A DNA stretch of 64,000 bases from contig CAVPHD010000012.1 in NCBI GenBank assembly GCA_963704165.1, forward strand, positions 128,001 to 192,000, read 5' to 3'. Position 1 is the first letter of the stretch. Each line of letters starts with the position of its first letter. Made by a program: the position numbers and the translations under genes. The DNA is from an uncultured delta proteobacterium. Lineage in GTDB: Bacteria > Myxococcota_A > UBA9160 > SZUA-336. The notes under the pieces were generated by a model. The model ran no database searches, was not told the DNA's origin, and was given only the letters and a program-made list of their open reading frames with translations. Of the stretch, positions 40,689-49,954 are shown one piece after another.

Positions 40689-41094
40689 TGCCCTCGAGGA
40701 ACTCGGAGAAGCTCTTCGTGATCGGCGTGATCGACGTCGCGCCGAGGTTCTTCGTCGAGACGGAGCAGACCGCCGCGCCGTCTTCCTTGCGAAGGTCGAA
40801 GAGAAAGAGCTCGTCGGCACCGTCGCTGCCGAAGGCGTAGAAGCCGGGCAGGCGGGTCTCGACGCCGTACTCGCGATTCCGCTCGAGCGCGCGCTCGAGC
40901 GGCCAGAGCTCGAGGTAGCCGGTCTCGTAGGGGATGTCCCCCTTGGCGCCGTTGCAGGACTTGATGAAGCGCAGGTAGGTGCGAGGGAGATTTCGGGGGG
41001 CGGCTTCCTGAAACTGCTTCACCTGCCCCGGTTCGGCCGCACCCCCTTGCTCGAGCCGGAACCGCGGATTGCGAAGCAGCTTCTGCACGTCCAT
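40666..41094 (-). CDS. SMI1/KNR4 (SUKH) family protein
   Basis: LPRTYLRFIKSCNG and AFGSDGADELFLFD motifs; RBS GAGGAG. Confidence 0.8.
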   Translation of the reverse strand: MDVQKLLRNPRFRLEQGGAAEPGQVKQFQEAAPRNLPRTYLRFIKSCNGAKGDIPYETGYLELWPLERALERNREYGVETRLPGFYAFGSDGADELFLFDLRKEDGAAVCSVSTKNLGATSITPITKSFSEFLEGIMMMAGA

Positions 41095-41241
41095 CCGATT
41101 CTCCTCCTCGTGTTCAGGAGCCGGGCCTGCGCGCGCCTGCACGCGCCGCCGAGCCGATTATACATGCCTTCAGGCCCGGAACATGAAGTAGACGGCGCCG
41201 ACCGTGCGCGATCACGACGCAGGCGATGCCAAACCCGCGCG

Positions 41242-41523
41242 TCAGTCACCCCCGGCCGAGACGATCGTCCAGATCCCGATCGCGATGAAGCCCGCGCCGG
41301 CGACGTACGAGAGGAGCTTCGGGCTCACGTACTGCGCGACGAACGTTCCCGCGAGCACGCCGATCGCAGAGGTCAGCACGAGCGCAGAGGCCGCGGCCGC
41401 GAAGACGAGGAGCCGTGGGTTACGCGCCTCGGCCGCGTAGAGCAGGGTGGCGAGCTGGGTCTTGTCACCGAGCTCGGCGATGAAGACGGTGGCGAAGACG
41501 GTCGCGAAGAGCTTCAGGTTCAC
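41242..41523 (-). CDS. TMEM165/GDT1 (UPF0016) half-size Mn/Ca transporter
   Basis: FIAELGDKTQLA motif, three TM segments, 93 aa. Confidence 0.88.
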   Translation of the reverse strand: MNLKLFATVFATVFIAELGDKTQLATLLYAAEARNPRLLVFAAAASALVLTSAIGVLAGTFVAQYVSPKLLSYVAGAGFIAIGIWTIVSAGGD

Positions 41524-42053
41524 TTTGTCTCCGGGCGGGTGGAGCGGCTCGATGCGAGCCCGCGGTCCGCGATCGACACGAGCGTCGAGACGACGAGGAG
41601 CCACGCGACGATCCGCGTCGGCGCGTCGAGGAAGTCGAGACCGAGCTTCACGAGAATCACACCACCGAGCGGAACGAAGTAGAAGATCCCGTTCCAGCGT
41701 CCGAGCGCGCTCATGCGCAGCTCGCGGGCGCGGTGAAGCCAGTACGAGTCCACGACGTACTGGACGAACGCGAACGTCACGAGAGCCGGTAGAAGCCAGG
41801 GAAGCGCGCCGATCGTCGCCGCAGCCCCGAGTCCCGCGGTCACGAACAGGAAGTCCGCGCCGTGGTCGAGCACCCGCCCGAGCGCGCTCTCGGTGCCGCG
41901 TGCGCGCGCGAGCCGCCCGTCGGCGATGTCGGTCGCGATGGCGACGCAGAACAGCATCGCGGCAATGAGTGCTGGAAAGAGACCGACCGTCGCGATCGTC
42001 GCAGCGAGCGGCAGAGCGAGCAGAAGCCGGACCAGCGAGAGCAGATTGGCCAT
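41520..42053 (-). CDS. CDP-alcohol phosphatidyltransferase
   Basis: ANLLSLVR and TDIADGRLAR...GRVLDHGAD signature. Confidence 0.9.
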   Translation of the reverse strand: MANLLSLVRLLLALPLAATIATVGLFPALIAAMLFCVAIATDIADGRLARARGTESALGRVLDHGADFLFVTAGLGAAATIGALPWLLPALVTFAFVQYVVDSYWLHRARELRMSALGRWNGIFYFVPLGGVILVKLGLDFLDAPTRIVAWLLVVSTLVSIADRGLASSRSTRPETK

Positions 42054-42937
42054 CAGTCGCGAAACCGCGGCACGCGATCCACGAGCCCGTTGATCCCGAG
42101 CCGCTCGCAGAATGCGCCGAGGCGATCGCGATCGGCGCCCTTCCAGTGCAGCTCGTCGAGCCGGGTCCGGATCGGCAGATCCTCGCGCATGCGCACGAGC
42201 GAGCGCGCGAGCGCGATCGCTTCGGTGTTCTCGGCCAGCGCACGCGCCACGCGCGCGGCTCCGCGCACGCCGACGCCCGCCCACTCGCGCGGGTCCGCGG
42301 GGATGTCCTCGATCCGGCCGAAGGACCGCAGCAGCAAGGCCGCGGTCTTCGCCCCGATCCCCGGCACCCCGGGGATGTTGTCCACGGCGTCACCGACGAG
42401 TGTCAGGAAGTCGGGAACCAGATCGGGCGCGACCCCGAGCCGGGCTTCGATTTCGGCCGGGCCGAGCAACGATTCCGAGCGCGGGTCGAAGAGCGAGACG
42501 CGCTCCGAGACGAGCGCGCCGAGGTCCTTGTCGCTGCTCGCGATCACCACGTCGGCGCCGGCGTCGAGCGCGTGCGCGGTCATGGTCGCGATCACGTCGT
42601 CGGCCTCGAAGCGCTCGACGCCGAAGACCGGCACGCCGAGGGCGCGCGTGACCTCGTCGCAGAGGGCGAACTGCGGCTCGAGATCGGCGGGCGCCTCCGT
42701 GCGTCCGGCTTTGTAGCCCGGGTACAGATCGTTCCGGAAGCTCGTGAGTGCGAGGTCCCAGGCCGCCGCGAAATGCGTCGGCTTCTCCCGGACCAGCAGC
42801 TTCACGAGCTGCGATGCGTAGCCGCGCACGGCTCCGGTCGGCGTGCCGTCGGGAGCGCGCAGATCCGGCATGGCGTAGTAGGCTCGGAAGATCTGGTAGT
42901 GCGAGTCGAGCAGCCAGAGCGTCGGGCCCGAACTCAT
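42053..42937 (-). CDS. Stand-alone 5'-3' exonuclease / flap endonuclease (PolA N-terminal-like)
   Basis: FRNDLYPGYKAGR, FEADDVIAT, SSDKDL and GDAVDNIPGVPGIGAKTA motifs. Confidence 0.92.
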   Translation of the reverse strand: MSSGPTLWLLDSHYQIFRAYYAMPDLRAPDGTPTGAVRGYASQLVKLLVREKPTHFAAAWDLALTSFRNDLYPGYKAGRTEAPADLEPQFALCDEVTRALGVPVFGVERFEADDVIATMTAHALDAGADVVIASSDKDLGALVSERVSLFDPRSESLLGPAEIEARLGVAPDLVPDFLTLVGDAVDNIPGVPGIGAKTAALLLRSFGRIEDIPADPREWAGVGVRGAARVARALAENTEAIALARSLVRMREDLPIRTRLDELHWKGADRDRLGAFCERLGINGLVDRVPRFRD

Positions 42938-44637
42938 CCGCGCTTCTGGACCAGCACCGCCACGACGTCGCCGAGCGCGACTTCCGCGACCGTGCCGGTC
43001 GCGCGCTCCGCGAGCTCGACGCAGCCCTTCGCCAGCGCACGCGGTCCCGGCACGATCCGGAACGGAATGCCGACGAGATCGGCATCCTTGAACTTCACGC
43101 CCGGCCGCTCGTCGCGATCGTCGAGCAGGACCTCGAACCCCGCGGCCGAAAGCTCCGCGTAGAGCTGCTCGGACTTCTCACGCTGCTCCGGATCGCTGGC
43201 CTTCACCGTCGACACCACGACGTCGAAGGGCGCGATCGAGCGCGGCCAGATGATCCCGTTCTCGTCGTGGTGTGCCTCGATCGCGGCGGCCATGATGCGC
43301 TCGATGCCGAGCCCGTACGATCCCATCACGATCGGCACCTCGACACCCTCGGCGGTCAGCACGCGCGCGCGCATGGGTTCGGAGTAGCGGAGCCCGAGCT
43401 TGAAGATGTGGCCGATCTCGATGGTCTTCTTGGTCTCGAGCGGCTTTCCGCAGCTCGCGCACGCTTCGCCGGCCCGCGCGTTGCGCAGATCCGCCCACGC
43501 GACGTTCGGAAGGTCGCGCGACACATCGACGTGTCGCAGGTGGAACTCGTTCTCGTTCGCTCCGGTCGTCATCTCGCGCCGGCCTCGCAGCGACTCGTCG
43601 GCGTGGATCGCGAGTTTCGCGACGCCGACGGCGCCGAGGCTGCCCGGCAGCGCGCCGAGCGCCGCGCGGCACTCCTCCGGACCCGCGGGCCGGAAGTGCG
43701 ACGAGCCCGTCGCCTCGGCGAGCTTCACCTCGTTCAGCTCGTGATCCCCGCGCAGCAGGAAGAGCGTGACCCGGTCGTCGACGAGGTAGACGAGCGTCTT
43801 GATCTGGCGTTCCGGCGCGGCGCCGCCGTTCATGCGCGCGAGATCCTCGATCGTCCGCACGCCCGGCGTGGGGAACTTCTCGAGCGCGCCCGAGCTCGCG
43901 GGATCCTCGACCGGCGATGGCCGCGACACCGCCTTCTCGAGATTCGCGGCGTACCCGCAGGCCCCGCAGGTGACGATCCAATCCTCGCCGGCGTCGGAAA
44001 CGGCCATGAACTCGACGGACTCGCTTCCGCCCATCGCGCCCGAGGACGCCTGCACCGGAATCGACTCGACGCCGCAGCGCGAGAAGATCCGCCGGTAGGC
44101 GTCGGCGTGCTTCTGGAACGAGACGTCGAGCCCCGCGAGGTCGGCATCGAAGGAGTACGAGTCCTTCATCGTGAACTCGCGCCCGCGCAGCACGCCGGAC
44201 TTGGGTCGCGGCTCGTCGCGGAACTTCGTGCCGATCTGGTACCAGATCTGCGGCAGCTGCCGGTAGCTGCGAAGGCCGTCGCGCGCGAGCGTGGTGAAGA
44301 TCTCCTCGGCCGTCATCGCGAGCGCCATGTCGGTCTGCTTGCGGTCGCGAAGCCGGAAGAGCTCGTCGCCCACCGAATCCCAGCGCCCCGACTCCTTCCA
44401 CGGCTCGGCGGGATGGAGCATCGGCAGTCGGAACTCCTGTGCGCCGATTCGCGACATCTCCTCGCGAACGATCGCCTCGATCCTGCGCGCGACCCGATCG
44501 GCGAGCGGCAGCTTCGAGTAGATCCCCGCGCCGAGCTGACGGATCAGTCCGGCGCGAAGCATCAGGCGGTGGCTCGTGGCCTCGGCATCGGCCGGGACTT
44601 CGCGGAGGGTCGGGATGAACATCTGGGACCAGCGCAT
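42934..44637 (-). CDS. proS: Proline-tRNA ligase (bacterial type with editing domain)
   Basis: MRWSQMFIPTLRE, YQIGTKFRDEPRP, REFTMKDSYSF, IEIGHIFKLG and MGSYGLG motifs. Confidence 0.97.
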   Translation of the reverse strand: MRWSQMFIPTLREVPADAEATSHRLMLRAGLIRQLGAGIYSKLPLADRVARRIEAIVREEMSRIGAQEFRLPMLHPAEPWKESGRWDSVGDELFRLRDRKQTDMALAMTAEEIFTTLARDGLRSYRQLPQIWYQIGTKFRDEPRPKSGVLRGREFTMKDSYSFDADLAGLDVSFQKHADAYRRIFSRCGVESIPVQASSGAMGGSESVEFMAVSDAGEDWIVTCGACGYAANLEKAVSRPSPVEDPASSGALEKFPTPGVRTIEDLARMNGGAAPERQIKTLVYLVDDRVTLFLLRGDHELNEVKLAEATGSSHFRPAGPEECRAALGALPGSLGAVGVAKLAIHADESLRGRREMTTGANENEFHLRHVDVSRDLPNVAWADLRNARAGEACASCGKPLETKKTIEIGHIFKLGLRYSEPMRARVLTAEGVEVPIVMGSYGLGIERIMAAAIEAHHDENGIIWPRSIAPFDVVVSTVKASDPEQREKSEQLYAELSAAGFEVLLDDRDERPGVKFKDADLVGIPFRIVPGPRALAKGCVELAERATGTVAEVALGDVVAVLVQKRG

Positions 44638-44692
44638 GGGGGCCGTAATCTAGCCGGTAAAGTCGCGCCCTTCCCGGGGCCGATGGGCGGGC

Positions 44693-45286
44693 ATGGCACG
44701 ATCGACGTCCGTTCGGGTGGTGTTCGCGCTGTCGCTGGCCCTGGGCCTTTTCTGCCTGGCCGCGAACGCCAGCGCTCAGGCCTACAAGTACGAGGACGAC
44801 CGCGGGCGCATCCACTTCACCGAGAACCTGCACGACATCCCGGCGAAGTACCGCGGCCAGATCGAGACGCGCGACATGCCCGTGCACGTGCCCGAGCCCG
44901 GCTCGGCCGAGGAGGCTTCCGCTCCGCCCGCGGAGGGCAGCGTGGCCGCCTCGTTCCAGCAGGCGCTTGCGCAGGAGAGCGGCCAGTCGCTCTCGGGCGA
45001 GCAGCAGGCCGCGCTGAACGCCTGGATGAAGCGCTGGGTCGTCCCGGCCGCGATCTCGATCCTCTTGAACATCGCGGTCGCGCTCGGTCTCGTGATCCAC
45101 GCCTTCAACCAGGGGCACATCGGTTGGGGACTCGCGAACTTCTTCCTCGGATTCACGACGCCGGTCTATCTGTTCGTACACGTCGAGCAGAACCTCTCGG
45201 TCCGGCTCGGCCTTTTCGCGCTGATGGTCTCGCCGCTGATCGTCGGCGGCATGGCCGTCGCGCAGCTGGCGAGCGTCCTCACCTAG
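44693..45286 (+). CDS. DUF4124-like exported protein with C-terminal TM helices
   Basis: Signal peptide; YKYEDDRGRIHFTENLHDIPAKYR motif; three C-terminal TMs. Confidence 0.7.
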   Translation: MARSTSVRVVFALSLALGLFCLAANASAQAYKYEDDRGRIHFTENLHDIPAKYRGQIETRDMPVHVPEPGSAEEASAPPAEGSVAASFQQALAQESGQSLSGEQQAALNAWMKRWVVPAAISILLNIAVALGLVIHAFNQGHIGWGLANFFLGFTTPVYLFVHVEQNLSVRLGLFALMVSPLIVGGMAVAQLASVLT

Positions 45287-46068
45287 CGGGCGGCATCCGC
45301 GAGCGACGCGAACGGCTCCCCCCAGGCGTAGGGGAGATCGACGAGGATGCCGCCGCGGTCCGCGGTCTCGGCCAGGTGCAGCGCGTCGAGCAGGATCGCT
45401 CGCTGCGTCGCGCGGTCACCCGCGCGGCCGAACGGATTGCCCATCGGGAAGTTCACGAAGACCGAGCGCGGCGGCAGCACCTGCGCGGTGAGATCGCGCC
45501 CGGTCGAAACCAGCACCGTTGGAATTCCCGAAGCCTCGATCACCCGTGCGACCAGACCCACGGTCTGGTGGTCGAGCGGTCAGGAAGGCACGAGCACGAA
45601 GAGATCGACTTTGTCGCGCTCGAGCTCGCGCGCGAGCGCGGGCGCAGACTCGTTCACGACGACGTTGCGCGTGTAGATGCGGCCCATGAAGCCGCTCCAC
45701 ATCCGGTCCGCGAGCGCGCCGATCAGGCCTTCGGCAGCGAGCTCGCGAAGCCGGTCGAGCGGGAAGATGCAGTTGAGATCGCGGTCGGCGTCACGGTGAT
45801 CGTAGTAGCTGTCGTGGATCTGGAAGTCCGACGTCGGGGCATCGGACGCGACTTCGTCGAGCCGCAGGTCGTTCTTCGCGTCCGGATTCCACGGCGCCGC
45901 GGCGCAGCGCGAGACCCCGCCCGAGGTCAGCATCGATACCCGGCACTCGCGGAGCGGTTTGCGAAGCGGCGTCAGATCGGCGCTCGTGTTCACCGTCCAG
46001 CGGTAGGGCGGAAATCCCTGTGAGGCGTAGCGTCGGTTCAGCAGGTCGACGTAGCGAACGGGTTCCAT
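45283..46068 (-). CDS. Glycine/sarcosine/betaine/proline reductase selenoprotein B-like protein (Sec at TGA 45580-45582)
   Basis: Two track ORFs (45580-46068, 45283-45561) are in the same frame and separated only by TGA: DLFVLVPS-U-PLDHQTVGLVARVIEASGIPTV; YDHRDADRDLNCIFPLDRLRELA and FPMGNPFG family motifs. Confidence 0.88.
45550..45579 (-). promoter_or_regulatory. Bacterial SECIS-like hairpin
   Basis: 10 nt after UGA: ACCAGACC-GUG-GGUCUGGU, a perfect 8-bp stem with a G-starting apical loop. Confidence 0.75.
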
Positions 46069-46080
46069 TCGCGAAGCATA

Positions 46081-47493
46081 CTACGGACACACCGGTGTCG
46101 ACTCCGGCTGGACTCCCGAGAGCAGGAAGCGGGTGACGGGTCCATCGACGCAGGCGATGCCGCGCCCAAACGCGGTGTGGGCCTGCGTCTCGACGCTGAT
46201 CAACGTCGAGCCGGGAAGTGCCCGGGACAGACGCTCGCCCCAGACGTACGGCGTCAGCGGATCCCCGCGACCGGAGATCACGAGAACTCGCTCGCCGGCC
46301 GCATCGCGGAGCACGACGGGCGATCGCGCGGGCTTCTGCCAGAACGCGCACGGCAGGAAGCTCGTGAGGTTTGCGACACCGATGTGCGGCGCGACGCGCG
46401 CGAGCTCCGGCAGGGCTTCTCGAAACGCCTCCGGCGACTCGAGTCGGTGCAGATCCGCGCAGAGCACCGCGAGCTGCGCATCGACCCGGAGCCCGGCGGT
46501 GCCGTCCGCCTCGCGCCGGAAGTAGCGATCGGAGAGCCGGACGAAGCCCGCGCCGTCACCCGCCTGCGCGGAGCCGATCGCGAGCGCGAGCTCGCGCCAT
46601 CCACCGGTGGGCTCGATCACGGCCTCGACGCTGCCGTACAGGACGTCGGTCGCCTGTGCCGCGCGCAAGCCCCCGGAGCTCGGAATCGGAGCCGACTTCG
46701 CGCGCGCGGCGACGGATTCGAGCACGGCGATTCGGTGCCAGCCCTCGCGCCCGGCCGCCTCGTCGTACGCGCGCAAGGCGGCCTCGACCGCTTCGGCCTG
46801 CTCGCGCGCGAAGGTCAGGAGATCGAAGGTGGGGTCGATCGCGCCGTCGAGCACCATCGCGCGCACGCGATCCGGATGGAGCCGCGCGTAGCTCGCGCCG
46901 AGCGCGGTCCCGTAGGAATAGCCGAGGTACGAGATCTGCTCTTCGCCGAGCGCCGCGCGCACGCGATCCATGTCGCGCGCGCTCTCCTCGGTGCCCATGA
47001 ACGGCAGCAGATCGGCGTGATTGCGCGCGCACTCCTCGGCGAGCGCGCGGCTCACGGCGACGGTACTCACCCACTCCGCATCGGTCTCGGGCGTCGGATC
47101 GAGTTCGAGATACGCCGCCAGGGACTCGCGGCAATCGAGTCCCCCACTCGTACCGGTGCCGCGCGTATCGAACGCGACCAGATCGAAGCGCTCGCGGAAC
47201 GCTGCGCCCCAGTGCGGCGCGCCCGCACGGAGGTAATCGATCGCGGAGATTCCCGGTCCGCCCGGGTTCACGATCAGTACGCCGATCCGCTGCGCCGGTT
47301 TCTCCGCCGGCCGTCGCAGGAGCGCGAGCGAGATCTCGTCGCTCCCGGCTCGGGCGTGATCGATCGGAACGCGGAGCTCGGCGCACTCGAAGCCACCGCC
47401 GCAGTCGCGGAAAAGGGCCGATTCACGCTCGATCGATTCCGGTTGCGATATGCAGCCAGCCAGGAGGACCGCGACGAGATGGATTCGCCTCAC
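46081..47493 (-). CDS. Lipoprotein alpha/beta hydrolase, TAP/tripeptidyl-peptidase-like
   Basis: LLAGC lipobox, VNPGGPG, FDTRGTG, GYSYGT, MVLDG and DPLTPY motifs. Confidence 0.87.
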   Translation of the reverse strand: MRRIHLVAVLLAGCISQPESIERESALFRDCGGGFECAELRVPIDHARAGSDEISLALLRRPAEKPAQRIGVLIVNPGGPGISAIDYLRAGAPHWGAAFRERFDLVAFDTRGTGTSGGLDCRESLAAYLELDPTPETDAEWVSTVAVSRALAEECARNHADLLPFMGTEESARDMDRVRAALGEEQISYLGYSYGTALGASYARLHPDRVRAMVLDGAIDPTFDLLTFAREQAEAVEAALRAYDEAAGREGWHRIAVLESVAARAKSAPIPSSGGLRAAQATDVLYGSVEAVIEPTGGWRELALAIGSAQAGDGAGFVRLSDRYFRREADGTAGLRVDAQLAVLCADLHRLESPEAFREALPELARVAPHIGVANLTSFLPCAFWQKPARSPVVLRDAAGERVLVISGRGDPLTPYVWGERLSRALPGSTLISVETQAHTAFGRGIACVDGPVTRFLLSGVQPESTPVCP

Positions 47494-47534
47494 GCGCTCG
47501 CAAGCATCGGCGATCGAGTAAGATTCGCGCCAGC

Positions 47535-47966
47535 ATGGCGGCCGAAAAGCCACGGAAACGCGCAACGCCGGCCAGGGCGCTCGAGCCCATCGAGAGCTGG
47601 CGCCAGGACGCCGCGAAGGTCGACGCCCTCGAGGAGGACGTCGCCAGCGCGCTCGAAGGGAACGACCTGCCGCGGGCCCGGCGGAGCTTCACCGAGTACC
47701 GCGAGCAGATCCTCGCCCACCTCGCCCGCGAGGAGGACATCTCCTTCCCGGCCGCCGAGCGGCGGGCGCCCGCCCAGGGCGGCCCGATCCGGAGCCTCCG
47801 GGTGGGCCACATCGGTATCCGCAACGACCTCGAACGGGTGGCCTCGCACCTGGCCCTGGGCCATTTGGGTGCGGCGCGAGCGGTGTTCTCGGCATTTCAG
47901 GAGACCTTTGCCGCCCACGAGCGCCTCGAGGACCAGCTGATCGAGCTTCTGCGCAAGACGCCGTGA
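47535..47966 (+). CDS. Hemerythrin/HHE cation-binding domain protein
   Basis: HLAREED, GH and AHERLED helical motifs. Confidence 0.7.
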   Translation: MAAEKPRKRATPARALEPIESWRQDAAKVDALEEDVASALEGNDLPRARRSFTEYREQILAHLAREEDISFPAAERRAPAQGGPIRSLRVGHIGIRNDLERVASHLALGHLGAARAVFSAFQETFAAHERLEDQLIELLRKTP

Positions 47967-48098
47967 TGGCCACGATCGGCTCTGGCTTCGGCCGCTTCGC
48001 CGGTTAGAATCGGTCGGCGCCTGGGTCGCGGGACATCCCACCGATCGCGCGCTGTCCAGGTCGGTCGATACCCCTGCAGGAGTCCCAGCTAGCGGCGC

Positions 48099-49391
48099 AT
48101 GGCGGAGTATCGCTTCATCGACAGGGTCGCAGAGGTCGAGGAGCTAGCCTCGAAGCTCGCACTGGAGAAGGTCGTCGCCGTCGATACCGAGGCGGACTCC
48201 TTCTTCCACTACTTCGACAAGCTCTGCCTGCTGCAGATCTCCGCGTCGTGCGGGACGTTCCTGATCGACCCGCTGTCGATGCCGCCGCGCGGGCTCGAGC
48301 CACTGGCGCCGGTGATGCTGAACCCGGCCATCCGCAAGGTGTTTCACGCCGCCGACTACGACCTGTTCGTCCTGAGCCGGCACTGCGGAATCACCGTGCG
48401 CGGATTGTTCGACACGATGATCTCGGCGCAGATGCTCGGCTATCCCGCCGTCGGTCTCGGCGCCCTGGTCGAACGCCACTTCGGCGTGAAGCTCTCGAAG
48501 GACCAGCAGCGCACGGACTGGTCGCTGCGGGCACTCAAGCCCGCCCAGCTCAATTACGCGGCCTCCGACGTGATCTATCTGATCGAGCTCGCCCAGACGC
48601 TCGAGCGCGAGCTCACCGAGAAGAAGCGTCTCGCGTGGGCGAAGGCGGAGTTCGCGGCGCTCGAGCAGCGCCTGTGGCCCGAGCGCGAGTTCGACATGCA
48701 GGGCTACCTGCGCATCAAAGGCGCGCGCAAACTCACCCCGCGCGGGATCGCGGTCCTGCGCGAGCTGTACCTGTGGCGCGACAAGCGGGCGCGCGAGCTC
48801 GACAAGCCGCCGTTCAAGGTGATGGGAAACGGGACGCTTCTCGATCTGGCTCAGAGTCCGCCGGGCTCGCGCAGGGCGCTCGGCATGCGCAAGGGAATCT
48901 CGGAGCAGGTGCTTCGACGCCAGGGTCAGGAGCTGCTCGAAGCGATCGAGCGCGGAACGGACGGACCGGAGCACCCGCCGCTCGAGCGCAAGCAGCCGAC
49001 CGGAGAGGGCCGGCGCCGGCTCGACCGTCGCGGCGAGTCGCGCCTCGACGAGCTCAAGCTCTGGCGCGCGAAGCGCGCGGGAGAGCTGGGCCTCGATCCC
49101 GGTGTGTTCTGCCCGAACGCCTCGCTCGAGGAGATCGCCGCCGTAGCGCCCAAACGCCCCGAAGAGCTCAGTGGGCTCACGGCCGTCAAGCCCTGGTGGA
49201 TCGAGCAGTTCGGCCCGGAGGTCCTGAAGATCCTCTCCGACTCCGACGCGCCGGCGGCCACCGCCGAGGTCCCGAAGCAGACCCGCGCTCAGGCCGCGCC
49301 CGATCCCGAGTCCGGGAGCCCGGAGCAAGTCCCTCGCAAGCGCTCACGGCGAAGTCGGCGGGGATCTCGCGGGGGGCGGCGGCGGCGCTGA
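48099..49391 (+). CDS. rnd: Ribonuclease D with HRDC domains and Arg-rich tail
   Basis: AVDTEADS, KVFHAADYD, LFDT, DWSLR and YAASDV exonuclease motifs; WRDKRARELDKPPF HRDC. Confidence 0.9.
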   Translation: MAEYRFIDRVAEVEELASKLALEKVVAVDTEADSFFHYFDKLCLLQISASCGTFLIDPLSMPPRGLEPLAPVMLNPAIRKVFHAADYDLFVLSRHCGITVRGLFDTMISAQMLGYPAVGLGALVERHFGVKLSKDQQRTDWSLRALKPAQLNYAASDVIYLIELAQTLERELTEKKRLAWAKAEFAALEQRLWPEREFDMQGYLRIKGARKLTPRGIAVLRELYLWRDKRARELDKPPFKVMGNGTLLDLAQSPPGSRRALGMRKGISEQVLRRQGQELLEAIERGTDGPEHPPLERKQPTGEGRRRLDRRGESRLDELKLWRAKRAGELGLDPGVFCPNASLEEIAAVAPKRPEELSGLTAVKPWWIEQFGPEVLKILSDSDAPAATAEVPKQTRAQAAPDPESGSPEQVPRKRSRRSRRGSRGGRRRR

Positions 49392-49504
49392 GGAACGCCC
49401 GCCCGGGGCGCTCCCATCCCTTCCCGTCCATCGCTGGCGCCTCGAGGCGCGAGCTGTGATCAGCGTCACTCTGTTTCTGCCGGCGCGCGTCGCTGTAGAG
49501 GGCC

Positions 49505-49954
49505 GTGGCCGCTCAACACTCCGACACCCCCGCGTGGCTCTTCTCGTTCGTCGATCTGGCCTTCCTGATTCTGCTCGCCATGACGCAGGTCGGGTCGCTC
49601 GACGCCGAGAAGGGGCTCGATCTCGGCGAGCTGATCGTCCCGAGGGTCGGAGAAAAGGCGCCTGCCGACGCGCTGACCGCGGGCGGCGACGCGACACAGG
49701 TACGCGTATACCCGCCGGGTGATGCGCAGCCCGTCTTCGAGCTCGTCCGGGCCGGAGTGCCGAGCGAACGCATCGGCCGCGAAGCGCTTCGCGAGCGCCT
49801 GGTCCGACTGCGTGCGGATTCCACGGAGCGGCCGATCCTCGCGCCGCACGCGGACTCGCGCAGCGAGGATCTGCTCGCCGCCGTGAGCCTGATCGAAGAC
49901 GCCTGGCCGAGCGAGCGCCGCGCGATGGTTCAGCGAGTCGAGCTGTCGCATTGA
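49505..49954 (+). CDS. ExbD/TolR-like single-pass protein
   Basis: N-terminal TM WLFSFVDLAFLILL with conserved Asp; C-terminal ILAPHADSRSEDLLAAV resembles the ExbD periplasmic domain. Confidence 0.7.
   Translation: MAAQHSDTPAWLFSFVDLAFLILLAMTQVGSLDAEKGLDLGELIVPRVGEKAPADALTAGGDATQVRVYPPGDAQPVFELVRAGVPSERIGREALRERLVRLRADSTERPILAPHADSRSEDLLAAVSLIEDAWPSERRAMVQRVELSH

Noticed and set aside
42748..46023. 1091-aa plus-strand ORF
   Set aside because: Antisense shadow of proS and neighbouring genes; Arg/Ala-rich with no motifs, typical of high-GC DNA.
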